A DNA stretch of 64,000 bases from Rhizophagus irregularis (lineage: Eukaryota): assembly GCF_026210795.1 (NCBI RefSeq), contig NC_089433.1, forward strand, positions 2,914,001-2,978,000, read 5' to 3'. Shown here one piece after another: positions 38,993-51,865 of this stretch (positions are counted from its first letter, which is position 1; every line of letters starts with the position of its first letter). The translations under genes and the position numbers were made by a program. Below the pieces are notes generated by a model that made no database searches, had not been told where the DNA came from, and worked only from the letters and a program-made list of their open reading frames with translations.

Positions 38993-40465
38993 TTAAATAA
39001 GAACTTCAAATATTTCATACGAACTTGCTCTAAAGTATTCAAAATCATCCCTAATCGGCACCAAGTAATTGGTTTGAACACATATACAATCTCTTTTTAA
39101 ACTGGTTTGTCTTCCCAAAGTTAAATCACCACCACCAAAATTTGGACCATTTGAACCACTACGATAGATAGCTTTCTTCTCACATACTGGATTTACACGA
39201 CTGTATCTATGATTGGTATGATCCTGTCCATCAGGAAATGAAAATATAAAACTATCTCTTGTATCTTTCCAACATTCCCCTCTTGAACCCCATCTTAGTG
39301 GATTAAATCCACCGAGAATTTCATTAGTACCTTCTACAGTTAAAATTACAAGTGTTGGACGAATTTCATCACATTTCCTGCCAAATATTTGAGAACTAAA
39401 TCCATCGATACTACTATTCATTATAAGATTAAAGCCAAGACAAGATTTATTCATCGTTCTTCTTATCCATCTAGAAATTAAAGCAGCATGATTATTTCCT
39501 ATTATATCAGAATCAATCTGTATCGAACTGTTCTGCCGAATATTCGGAGTATTCCAAATGTTTTGAATATTCTGAATGTTCTGAGCCGCTACATCACTAT
39601 ACGATTTTACTTTTGTTGTATCTGAAGAATGCGGTTTTGGTTCATCATTATTGATATATTTCCATAAAAGGTCTTCGTAAAAATCCGGAGGAAAAATTTG
39701 TCTAAAAGGTTTTACATGAGCATAAAATTCTTCCGACGTAACCGATGGAAATTTAATAAAGTTAATACATTGGCTCAATGTTTCTTTTAAACTCAAAAAA
39801 TTTTCTTCAGTCCAAGTTCTTGGATTTCCATCGAAAGTGATTGTAGGATTTTGTGCAATTGCCCATGTTCTTACGTTATTCCAAACATCAATTTCATTCA
39901 TACAATGATCCTCAAGTCTCAAAAATCTGATAATCATTTCTTCATCCAATAATGTAAAATCTTCTGATTCCAAAATTGTCGATGGTTTTTCGTTTATTCT
40001 TTCTTCAAAAAAAGTTTGCAGTTCTTTACAAAATTCTTGTTCTAATACACATTTATAAATTTGAACAAAACATTTTTTTGACCAAGTATTATATGACATT
40101 AAAAGTTTTTGTTCAATATATGAAACTAAATCATGTAAAATAAATTCATCAGCTGCAATAATTATATCAGTAAATTCTGAATAATTAAAATTATTAAGAG
40201 AAATAATATCCCCACTATAAAGATATTTTAAAATAAATTCAAATATTTTTGGTGATACGTTTGGTTTCTCAAATAAAATTTTTCCATTTTCTTCTTTTCT
40301 CCATTCTGTAGATAAAGCTCTATGAAAATATGGAGATTGTGCTCTAAGAATTATAGAATGTGCATTAAATTCTTTCAAATTTGGTTCTTGACCAATTTTT
40401 ATAATTACATTATATTCATCCGAATCTTCGAGAATTTTTGCATAATTTTCTAGGGTAACATTCAT
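38993..40465 (-). CDS. BTB/POZ-BACK-TLDc domain protein
   Basis: Intronless 490-aa ORF. YNVIIKIG...FNAHSIILRAQSPYF..ALS (BTB), EIDVW...W (BACK), DGFS...F..KC...PTL...ILGGFNPL.W...DSFIFSF...GPNFG (TLDc). Confidence 0.93.
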   Translation of the reverse strand: MNVTLENYAKILEDSDEYNVIIKIGQEPNLKEFNAHSIILRAQSPYFHRALSTEWRKEENGKILFEKPNVSPKIFEFILKYLYSGDIISLNNFNYSEFTDIIIAADEFILHDLVSYIEQKLLMSYNTWSKKCFVQIYKCVLEQEFCKELQTFFEERINEKPSTILESEDFTLLDEEMIIRFLRLEDHCMNEIDVWNNVRTWAIAQNPTITFDGNPRTWTEENFLSLKETLSQCINFIKFPSVTSEEFYAHVKPFRQIFPPDFYEDLLWKYINNDEPKPHSSDTTKVKSYSDVAAQNIQNIQNIWNTPNIRQNSSIQIDSDIIGNNHAALISRWIRRTMNKSCLGFNLIMNSSIDGFSSQIFGRKCDEIRPTLVILTVEGTNEILGGFNPLRWGSRGECWKDTRDSFIFSFPDGQDHTNHRYSRVNPVCEKKAIYRSGSNGPNFGGGDLTLGRQTSLKRDCICVQTNYLVPIRDDFEYFRASSYEIFEVLI

Positions 40466-43400
40466 CTTTGTTAGAGAACAAGGTCCTACTCTACTAAAAA
40501 AAATGGAGAGAGAGTGAGGTGAAAAGTTGTTCTCACACTGGTCACACTGGTTACAAAATCTATTTATAAGTAAATATTTATTGTTTCCAGGAGAGGATAT
40601 TTAATATTGAATAAAATGATCTTTACCACTTGTGGTAAAGACTCTAACGGTTGAGCCTTCTATTGTTTCTTAATGCATAAAAATTCTCAATAAAAGAAAT
40701 TATTGCTTATATATCATTTTATAATTTAAAAAAATAAATAAATTATGACCACTATTCCAATACGATCAGTCTCTCAATTTTTTTTAAATAATAAAAGACT
40801 TTGCGTTTTCTTGATTTGCGAATATAGAATATGAAGCAGGGGAGAAAACATATATGCAGGAAAAATTGGATAATGATGAGGCTGATAAACTCCGGATAAT
40901 GATGATGCAGATGAGCGATCCGTACTACGAAATTTTGATCATATGTTTGTTAAATAACGATTATCACTTACAGTCTTACGTAATATATACATTGCCGTCT
41001 ATAAATTTGAATGAGAAAGAAAGAGAATTGTTAAAAAGAATGGAAAGGATTTTTATGCTTATTGTAAGTAATTAATAATCTTTTCAGTATTTATAATTTC
41101 ATATAATTAACTATATTATATGTTAGGAAAAAACGAGTTAGAATTTGTAATGGTACATTAAAGACATTTCAAGACTTAGAGATAGCGCAGTATAAAAATC
41201 CTTTGGTTTGTTATCTTACTTTGTTCTTTATTTGAAAATACACAGGCAATATTGATAAACCGGTCTCATAAATTCCATCAATAAAAATTTTATATATATC
41301 AAGAAATTCAATATATTAAGAATAAATTTATTAATAACCCCCAACTCCGGTTCAAATTGTCCGAGATTCAGTTTATCAAGACTATCTGTGTACAGATATA
41401 TATATTTTTAACTGTTTAATTTCTAACATGTGACTTTTTTTTTATTAAAGAGATTGAATAATGATGGAGAAGCTGGATTAAAAAGATTTTGAAGAATATA
41501 TATATATATGTATATATTAAAGTAGCTTATTATTGTAATTATTATTTTTTTTCTCTCTCTCTAAATTGATTTGTTGAATATTTATAATTAAAAATCGTCT
41601 CTAATAATTTAGGTTCGTGGAATAAATTTAAAAAGTACGATATAAATTGATCAAAGCTAACGGATTTATATCGGGAATCAGACAGATATATTCTACTGAT
41701 ATCAGTTCTGTCACCTATAAAAGAATTTGATGACGAATTACCAGAAGTCCACCCCTAAATTTGATGACGATGGATTATCAGAATTTCTTTCTAGCCCACC
41801 CAGGTGCAAATGCCGATGATATTTGACACACTTATGATCTTCATGATGCCAAAAATGACGAGGCCTTGAAGTGGTGGTGATAGCATATGAATATGTTCGA
41901 GTTTTCTCCGATAAGTAAGAAAAGATTTTATTTATAAAGGGTAGGGTGTATTTTATCCTTCAAGTTAGAAATATTCAGTAAGATGATCGGTATTAAACCC
42001 ATAGTAGAGGTAATTGTTATGTGTTGTTGAGATTAAATTACTTCATCAAGTTTTCTTTTGAAAATTTTAAAGTTTTTTTTATTAATTTTTTTTCTTATAG
42101 GACTCCGGCCCCAAGACTGTTTCCTGAATCGCAGGTAAATTTTCACTTTCGAATATTTAAAAAAAAATTTGGCTTTTTTTATTAATTTGTTTTTTCTTTT
42201 CTGGCACCGGAATCCCAGATCAAAGTGACTTTAATTTCTTGATGAAATAAATTTCATAAGACTAATATCTATTTATTAAGGATATTAAATATATTATCAT
42301 CTACGCCTTCCAACCATAATGAAATATAAATCCTCCTACTTTATGAGTTGCGATATGTTAGGTCATGGTAAATATTCGCTTTAATAGCGAAGAAGAAAGA
42401 AATCAACGATAATTCAAATAGTAATATGATGAACCCATCCGGAAGATAATTACACAAATAGATTATTTAAATTCTAATAATCGGTTTCATAATGCCGGCA
42501 TATGCTGCAATACCTTTAAAAAAAATCTATTAAAAATAGATCTCTTACAATTGAAAAGAAAGAAAAGAGGTAACCTATTAATGTGAAATTTAAGAGACGC
42601 AAGACTTACTATAAAGTGACTATGTACTTCTATTTATTTTCCAATTAATAAAAAACGATATAATTAATAACTACGATTTTTAATATTACTTGTACCATTC
42701 ACATGATTTCTGAAGCGAAAATTCGAAATTTTAAACGATCCGGTATGTCTAGAAAGCGTACGGAAAATGTACAATGTATCGTAATGTGAAAGATTTTAGA
42801 CATTATCCAGACATTATCTGGACAATGAGGACAAAATTCCGGAATTCCTTTTGTATTATTTTTTGGTTAATAAATATTGCAATTCAGAACACTGTTTACA
42901 TTAATTGAAGAAACCAATTTTAATTTCATTTTCACCAAATCAACTAAAAATATGCTTGTAACCTTAATTCAGAATATATAAGCCGCAAATGATTTTGCAT
43001 CATTTATTAGATGTTTAGAGAAGATTTGTGACAAACTTGTTAAGAACTGTGATATTTCAGATATAAAGATCATAATTTTAAGGATAATTTAGAACAGTTA
43101 CAATTACTTTGCTGTACTTTGTACTTTACCGCAAAAAAAAGAGATTTTTTAAATATTCCTATATCATTTATGGATTCTAACCGCCAAACTTTCATCATAA
43201 TATAAATATTGAAAAATTTCGTAGGCACAAAAAAAAAAGGATATTACTAAATTAAAATTAAGGAAAAAGTAGATTAGATTATGTATAGTACTACATACAA
43301 AGAAAGGTAGAATGCACACGCTCTACTCTACACGAAGCCTGATACCCCACATTTAGAAAAAAAATTTTTGGTAGATCTAATAGAAACTTACTTATCTGAT

Positions 43401-43974
43401 GGGAACACAAAATAAATATGCACGAGAATGACAATGTACTGCACAAATGCCTAACTTTTCAAGGAATTTCATACAAATACTTTTTCTATACGATTTAATC
43501 GAATGATGTTACCTTCGTATTGCCTACATTGTTATTTATGTAAACAATATCTCGTTATCAAATATATATAAACGGTTCCCTCGGACGATCGTATTTCTAT
43601 TCCCAAATTTGATATTCCTGACGGTAAAAATAATATACCGTTTGTCACTTGTAAACTTCATGGATTTCTTGGTTTTGGACGAAATTATAGATGTACCGAA
43701 TAGCCGGGATACTTATATTTTGGTTCGTACAATAACCAAGATATTTGATTGAATCCACAAAAGGAAAATCTAAACGGAAAATTTAATATGGAAATTCTAC
43801 ATTTTTAAAAAGACTAAAAAGGAATGTTCATAATATAAATAGTTAATAGTTTAAAGCCACAATTCAATAAATGCACGTTATACAATAGTAAACGCGCAAT
43901 AGAAAATTGAGGATTTAATTCTTTATTTTTCTCCTAATAATATGATAAATAAATATATATATATAATTGTAATA

Positions 43975-44112
43975 CAGTAACACCTCCTTAAGTGTACACC
44001 TCATAAATGCACGCAGTTTCTTTAAATGCGCGGTATGATTTCTTGATCTCAGCTATCCATGGATGCATATCCTCTCAAAAGTGTACAGGGTGCACTTAGG
44101 GAGGTGTTACTA
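43975..44112. mobile_element. Tc1/mariner-pogo-type MITE
   Basis: TIR cagtaacacctccttaagtg versus cacttagggaggtgttacta, with TA on both flanks. Confidence 0.85.
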
Positions 44113-44385
44113 TAATAGTTAGTGTAAATAATAACAGATAACTTTTTAAACCATAAATTTTGAAAATCAACTCTTAAAAGGTAATATATAAACACCGCAG
44201 TAATTTTTTAAACGCGCTAATTTACGAGTCCGAAATATAATCAGATCAAACTGTCATGAATAAATAAAAATAATAAATGAAATTAAGAAATTAAAAAAAA
44301 AAGAAAATTGAAATTTTTTTTTCTTAGTTTGTAGTATTTTCTTACCTACTAAAATAAAAATTATTTATTTTAGAAGCGTATTTGT

Positions 44386-44604
44386 TCATTCAGAAGGAAA
44401 TCCATTGAAAAACTCATTCATCATAAGTTTATCTTCATCTATTATTTGGCGAGGGAGTTTAGAAATATCGTTTAATGTTTCTTTATTGCTGAAATCTGCG
44501 TTAAGTTTAGCCTTAATTCGATATTTTCTATATTTTCTCCTATTCTGTCTAATTTCTGAAGATCGTGTTCCCCGATTATTAGGGACGTTTTCATTTGAAT
44601 TCAT
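44386..44604 (-). CDS. Small basic hypothetical protein (72 aa)
   Basis: ATG in an A-rich context, protein-like composition with basic cluster RRKYRKYRIK, TATA-like run near 44740. No family recognised. Confidence 0.4.
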   Translation of the reverse strand: MNSNENVPNNRGTRSSEIRQNRRKYRKYRIKAKLNADFSNKETLNDISKLPRQIIDEDKLMMNEFFNGFPSE

Positions 44605-45119
44605 TTTGCGTATATTGTTACTTAAAAAATTTCAAAGAATTATGAAAATTTTTATTTTCGAGAAAGTTAGAAAAAAGGAATCATACCTTTGATAAAAAAA
44701 AAAGAAAGAAGAAAAAAAAAAAAAAATTTTCACCTCGATATATATAAACTATTTATAATTAAACACTATTAAACTGTAAAAAGCAAACGTTACACAAAAA
44801 AGATAAATCAAGTTTTCCAATTCAATTTTGATAGAAACGGGGGATGTACACGGTAATTGATTCTTTGTTTAGCATCTTTGAACAAACTTAAAATCACTTG
44901 AATCACGTTTCATTAAAACATTACTAAAAAATGATAAAAAGTGTCGACTCTGGGTTGACTCGGAAATCGATTTGTCACGTGATCTAATTTATGTTTCCAA
45001 ATTAATGGTCAATCATATGAAGATTAAGAAATTAATATTAACATTTATGGATTTATTTCTTATTACAACTTAATAAATCGAACAACTAAAAAAATTTTGA
45101 TTTTATAAGTCAATATGGA

Positions 45120-46377
45120 AATATTATATTAGAAAATGGAGAAACCGATTTAGCAGATCAATGGCGCAAAAAGTTCTGGCGAATTAATTCTGACGTGAGA
45201 TCAAAAAAAAAAATTTTAAGAGATGAGACTAGCACTTTCTTTACTTTTATTATTTTCTATAAAATACCAATAGAGTTTTTAATTAATCTATTAAAGGGAG
45301 AATCGGCCATCAGAGATAATAATAATTAATTAATTTACATCGAATATGATTAATTTGGACTATAATAAAAAAAGGAAACTTTGGGCGTTGTAAACAAATG
45401 TATGATAATTTGTAATTAAGAAACAAGGATAGAACAAAAGAATTTTTTTTTTTTTAAAATATGAAATTATAAAATCGAAAAGGAACAGGAATTTCTAATA
45501 TATTTTATACTAAATTTGGGAACTATGAAGAAGCTGTACAGAGGAGAGCTCGACGATTATATTATTCATCTCTTAGGGTATATGAAGTTTATTCTTTATT
45601 TCCTAATCCAGAGCTTCAAATATTTCGTGCAAATGACAAGGTTTCTGTTGATGCATTAATGAAAATCGGTAAAGGTGGAAAAGGTGATTTTACGATATTT
45701 TTAAATGAAATAAAAACTTATATTGAAAAAAATCAAGATAAGTACAATGATGATATTTTACATAGAAATAATATTATTGATTTCAATTTGATTACAGAAG
45801 ATATTACTTGAATTTTCGAAATTTGATCATCGACATTAGTCTCTTTGAACAATTAATAGCATCATAATCTGTAAAAAACCATATTAATTAATAAATTCAC
45901 TTCTTACTAGTAAATAGTAATTAGACTTTATACATATTTATTTGTCATATCGCATAGCTAAAAAATCACAGATATAAAATCAATTTTACTGGATTTATTA
46001 TAGTTATGGTCACGGGTATTGCGGTTAATTATATGCCAATACCTGCAACACTTTCATGACTTTGTTATGACAAATTATCAATTGATAAAGATAATCTTGA
46101 GAAACACATTATTGACAAAAATTGTGAACTTCATATGAAATCCGATTTTAGATTTGAATTCTATAACGCCATTAAATCTTTGGAAAGATTTTTTGATAAT
46201 CTGAAAACTACAATTAGTTTTAGCAAACTTGACCTAGAAGTGAGGCCAGATTTAAAAAATGAATACTTGAAATTAGAAAATGAATTTCTCGTTAATCATA
46301 AAAATTTTTTGAAATTAAATGATTACATCAACAAATTCGATAAAAGATCATTACCATTTACTTATCCGCGTCTCTAA
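45120..46377 (+). pseudogene. Degraded coding fragments of unknown family
   Basis: Protein-like segments (DLADQWRKKFWRINSD; YEEAVQRRARRLYYSSLRVYE; PELQIFRANDKVSVDALMKI; ORF 46135-46377) separated by frameshifts and stops. Confidence 0.35.
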
Positions 46378-47382
46378 AAAAAAAGAAATAAACACTTGGA
46401 CAATAATAATGAATTTATAAATTAGACAAATAAGATATTAATAATTAAAACACTTGATACTTATTATAAAGCAATAGTAATACGTATCAATAAATAAATT
46501 TTAAGAGAGCATCAGATTATTTAATAGTATTGACTTATTAATTACTATTTAATAATACTTATAATACGATATTTTTTACAAAATGCAAATAATTTTATTT
46601 TGTTCAAAATATTATTGATGCAAATAAAAGAGATTCCCATATAAGATATTGATATATTCTTATTAAAGTCGCTATTTATATCACATATACAATACTTCCA
46701 AAGCAACTTAAAGTAAGCATTAATTGAAGTAGTAATTGCTATTTAAATTCGGATTGTATTCTGATGTGAACACGTTACTTGCACTTCTTTGGATTATAAT
46801 TCATATTGCAACATTTATGGTTGTAAAAGTAAAAACAAGCACAATCATAAGCTTTGCAAAAGTTGTTATAAAGATCATCAAGATTCATTGGAATGGCTTG
46901 AAGTTTCGTCCAAAACTCAAAATCAACTTTTAAGAAAAAAATAGAAAAAATCAAATCACAAAAAAATAAAAATAATCATTGATTAAGAATATAAATACAA
47001 CAAGTTTTAACTAAAGTCATAATTAACATATAGGGTATCTAAACTAGAGTTTCATGTAGATAGTAAAACTGAAAATAGTAAATTTGTCGATCATTTATGA
47101 TCACGTGATAACATAAATCTCAAGTAATATTATCTGTTATTTACAAAATTATTGTTGAGTATAATAGAAGATTTTGCAAAATAAAATGGATTTTAGTTTA
47201 TCTCAAATTAAGCAATAATTTGAGCTTTACAGAAATTTTCTGGTGCATAAAACTAAAATTTTAAAAATTTATTAAGAAGTTTATATATTAATTTATATAT
47301 AAATAAAAATTATTGATAATTTGTTAAGTATCATAGTAGAATTTGCAAAATAAAATGGATTTTAGTTTGCATAAAATTTAAC

Positions 47383-49246
47383 TTAAACCCTCTTTTCAAA
47401 AATCACACCAGCAGTACTTGTTTCAACTGGTAATGCCGTAAAACCCGTTCCTCTGCTTTCTTCAATTTTACTACTTACTGTACGAAAATTATATTTTAAG
47501 ATAACGTTATGCATAAAAAATTTAATATTATTTACAGCAAGTTGTCTTCCAGGGCATCTAAATAATTTAATAATAACTGAGTTGTTGACTTACTGTACTA
47601 CAATACATATATACATAAATATACTCACGTGTGTTTACCATTTCCAAATGTCAAAAAATTTTTAGTGACTTTTGATGCTACATTTATATCTAAATGTCTG
47701 AATGGTTCAAATGATTTTGGTTCATCTCGATAAACATCATCAATATAAATACTAGTTATACAATTTTTTGGTATTTGCAATCCATTAGAGAACGTATAAT
47801 CTTTCTTTACGAGATGGTCAATTCCCGCAACATTTACACTTAATCTTAATGTTTCTCTAATAAAACTATCTAATTTTTTCATATCACTAAGAGCTTCAAA
47901 TGGAATTATACCATTTACATTCGTTTCTTTATGAACTTTTAATTGTTCTTCATATAATTCTTGCATGTACTCGGGTCTTGATGCTAAACTTAAAATAACA
48001 TTTGTAATGGCTATTGCCGTTGTATGAATTGATGCAAAAATGATTAGATATATTCTGTCTAAAAGATACGGACAACTAATATTATTAGGATCATGTTCTT
48101 CCATTAGATCTTGAAGATGATCATCAGGACGTTTCCAAGAGTCACCATATTTTTCTTTCTCTTGTAAACGTTTACATACTTGCTTTTCTATATGTTTAAG
48201 GAGTGGTTTTCGATGTTTAACTGCTGGATTATATAATCCTAATCTTATCTGAATACGATTAACATATTCTTGAAGTCCTGGATAAATTATATCAAGAAAT
48301 GGTGGAATAGTTAAAAATATCATGCTATCTATTATAAAGTTTGCAAATGAATTTAAAACTTCTTCATGTTGTGATTCCTCCTATAAAAAGAAGTAATTTT
48401 CTTTTAAAACTTTTTTTCTTTCAAAATTAACTAGTATCATAAAAAAAAAGTATCTATACTTACTTCACCAATAATAATATTTGCAATAGGATCAGAAATA
48501 ATTTTTGTTACAATTTCAAATAGATTATAAAAAATTTTTGATTCATCACAATCTCCAAAATGTTTTTGAGTTGATAAATAAACCCTTTTTTGCATACGAT
48601 CAGAATAAAGTTTTAATTTGCTAAAGATCGTGTCTTTAAGTGTTTTTGGTGCAACTGGTGAAACTTTCAGCAAATCTGGACATAATACATCTATCGGAAA
48701 TCGTTTGTTGAATGCTTTTAAAACATCAAACACATCATCTCTTGAATATACTTCACCAAAATGTTCTTTTCCTACAAGTTTGTGCAGTAATTAAAAAGAA
48801 TTTATAAATTAGAATATATAAAATATTTTATATTTATGCAAAAAAAAATACGAGCAATCTCTATACCAACAAATACTCTCACTTGACCCCATATATATAG
48901 ACAAAAGATATCACCATACTATTATATATAATTAATAATTAACGTTAATTGAATTTTTACGCCAAAAAAAAAAAAATTCGTTGATATACGAACTTCTTCT
49001 CTACATTGTTTAAGAAATTTTTCGGGATTTAAAAAAAAATCAAAAGTATGGCCAATAATTGGGAATTTGTAAGAAACAAGTGGCGGCATGGTCTAAGAAA
49101 ATAAAATAAAATAAAATTGAGAAAAAGGAGAAAAAGCGATAAAATTCTGTTTAAATCAATTATCTTACCAATTCTGGTTCACGCTTACGCTTTAAAATGT
49201 AAAGCGTTATAAACAGAAGGGATCCCAAAATGATCGCTTGATACAT
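47383..49246 (-). CDS. Cytochrome P450 (paralog of 56801-58670)
   Basis: N-terminal anchor MYQAIILGSLLFITLYIL, PPLV, I-helix FASIHTT, LDSFIRETLR, FEPFRH, heme loop FGNGKHT|CPG split by an intron. Confidence 0.92.
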
Positions 49247-49539
49247 TTTTAAGAGAAAAAAAAACAATTTCGTATATTCAAAGTTTAAGAATTGTGGTTA
49301 TTTTAATTGCTGTTGACTTTTTATCTTTTTATAGATAGAGATTTTCATCATTTAAATTAAATTATCTAGAGCTAGTTGATACACAGTATGATCTCATTTA
49401 TATTAAATTATCTAGAGCTAGTTGATACACAGTAGAGGGAATATTTTCCAACGATCACATAATTCCGGCCAGAATTACAAAGTTGAAGGTAAAGCAAAAA
49501 GATGAAATAGAAATAAAATAAAATAAATAGTAAAAAAGA

Positions 49540-49663
49540 AATTAAAAACCTAAAACACGCCTTCGCTGCAGCACTGAGAGAACAAAGATGTCAACTCCTC
49601 AAAATCTAAATGCTGATTGGCTTATTCATCCGTCCGGCGCAGCGCGACGGGCTACAGCTAGTT
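49540..49663 (+). mobile_element. Helitron-like 3' terminus remnant
   Basis: GC hairpin ccgtc-cggcgcagcgc-gacgg followed within about 10 nt by ctag|t. Left boundary uncertain. Confidence 0.45.
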
Positions 49664-50178
49664 TATCATAAATTTATTATTTATTGATGACATTCTAAAT
49701 TCGTCATATTATGAAATAAATAGATTTGGTATTTTGCTAAAATTTTTAGTGTTACAAACTAAATTTGTCTCCATTTTGTTAATTATAATTTATCGGAGAT
49801 ATAATAGAGATAGTTTATCGTCATATTATAAAATAAATAGATTTGTAAAATTTTTAGTGTTACAAACTAAATTTGTCTCCATTTGATTATTATTGTAATT
49901 TTAATTTATCGGAGATATAATAGAGATTATCGTCATATTATAAAATAAATAGATTTGTAAAATTTTTAGTGTTACAAACTAAATTTGTCTCCATTTGATT
50001 ATTATTGTAATTTTAATTTATCGGAGATATAATAGAGATAGTTTATCATAAATTTATTATTTATTGATGACATTCTAAATTCGTCATATTATAAAATAAA
50101 TAGATTTGGTATTTTGCTAAAATTTTTAGTGTTACAATCTAAATTTGTCTCCATTTTGTTAATTATAATTTATCATAG
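49659..50178. repeat. Tandem repeat of about 110-150-bp units, 4 copies
   Basis: The core aaaatttttagtgttacaaactaaatttgtctccattt recurs near 49739, 49847, 49959 and 50119. Confidence 0.9.
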
Positions 50179-51865
50179 TCAATCGTGGATTATCAATGAT
50201 TTTCACGGCTGCGCCGTAAAAATCATGATATTCATGCGACACGTTTTGAACTAACGCCCGTGATAAAAAAGTAGACTATTTTATAGTTATTTTAATTATT
50301 ACTATTTTTTCTTATGTCTTATTATTTTTCCTTTATCCAAGTTTAAAACAGATTTTTCAGTAACTAAAAGTTATAAAATGTCTCAAAAGCACATTATGAT
50401 ATCTGTTTTCATTAGAGTAAGTGATCTTTTGTAAAATGAAATACACCTGATATTTCTATGAAAAATCACGGGCGCCCATTAGTAAACATGGGATATTATT
50501 ACATGCTCATTAGGATTGTGCGTAATTTTCACATTATATCTTTATTTCATATTAAAATCGAAGAAATTGCAACTGTTGTAGACCAAACTCTACCATGTTC
50601 CAAATCATCTAAATTATCGACCCATTCTAATAATGCCTTAAGGCTATCATATCAACGATGAACATCTAATTTAGGCCAATGGGATATGGTTTGATTTGGT
50701 CTACATATCAAATATTTTTTCTGCTGTTAATCCAACTGTATGGTCTACAAAAGCACCATGTAAATCTATAATAATAATTTAATTTAATACGTTCGCCCGT
50801 GTATGGAATACGTTTCGAGTTACATTTCCGCTAAATCCTACTATGAACTTGCAAAGTGTTAGTTATATTTCGTTTTTCTGGAAATTTCACGAAACTTGAT
50901 TTTGTAGGAAGCCGTGAAACCTGGTGAGGACATTTGACCAAAATGGATGTAGGAAAAAAGTAGACATAAAAGATAAATGAGATCATACTGTGTATATCCG
51001 TAAAAATGCGGATTACGGATTGATCAGATTATCCATCGGATTGAATACATCGCCTCCCTGTACTGTACAATAATTAAATTTCATTAATCACATGATTGGA
51101 TATTTGCAGATCTTTTTTTTAGACTCTAATACCTAACCCGCTAATCAAAAAAAATTCTCCACTTTTTGAGAAAATTAAAGCCCGTTACAACACGATTATT
51201 ATAATACTTTAGAAAATTCGAGAAAATTGAAGATAAATTTTTGTTGACTTAATAAAAATACATATTAATTACTGTTTCCAATATTGTTGTAATTCATTAA
51301 AAATGACATTTTTTCAGCAAAGGAACATTTATCAGATATCTAAAAATTAATAGAATATGTATGGTTTAATGACCGAAAAGGCTTATCATATTTTTTTTCG
51401 ATTAGTATTGGCCTTGATTATTGAAAAGAAGAATTGAGCCAAATTTATTTTAATAATTTTAATAATTTTTACATTGTTTCAAGGGTCAAAGACGTCCTAC
51501 TAAATTAATTTCAATTGGCCTTCAGGTAAACAAAGCCATAATGTAAACTACTGCCCAAAATTTGTCTTATAATTAAGTTTTTATAGAAGACTCAAGTTAA
51601 AATGACCTTTCACTCTTAAAGAGTCAATTATAATAATAAAATTTATGTAAATCGAATATAGATAGTATTACAAGAAAATTTAAAATAAATAAAATAAATA
51701 AATAATAAATGAAATTATTGCTCTTCAAATTCGACTCTTTAAAGTAGTATTGTTATTGCATCAAGGTTCAACAAAGATAATTGTGTATGTTGAGGCAAGT
51801 GGATAACTAGATTCATTTTTACAAAATTATACATAATTATCATCTCTGAGAATAATCCTAATAAC

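Noticed and set aside
40830..42400. Scattered exon-like fragments including ORF 40854-41075
   Set aside because: I could not assemble a consistent spliced frame or recognise a family; possibly a decayed gene.
43300..43770. Protein-like stretch on the + strand (…VPSDDRISIPKFDIPDGKNNIPFVTCKLHGF…)
   Set aside because: Multiple stops and no recognisable family, so there is not enough support to call it.
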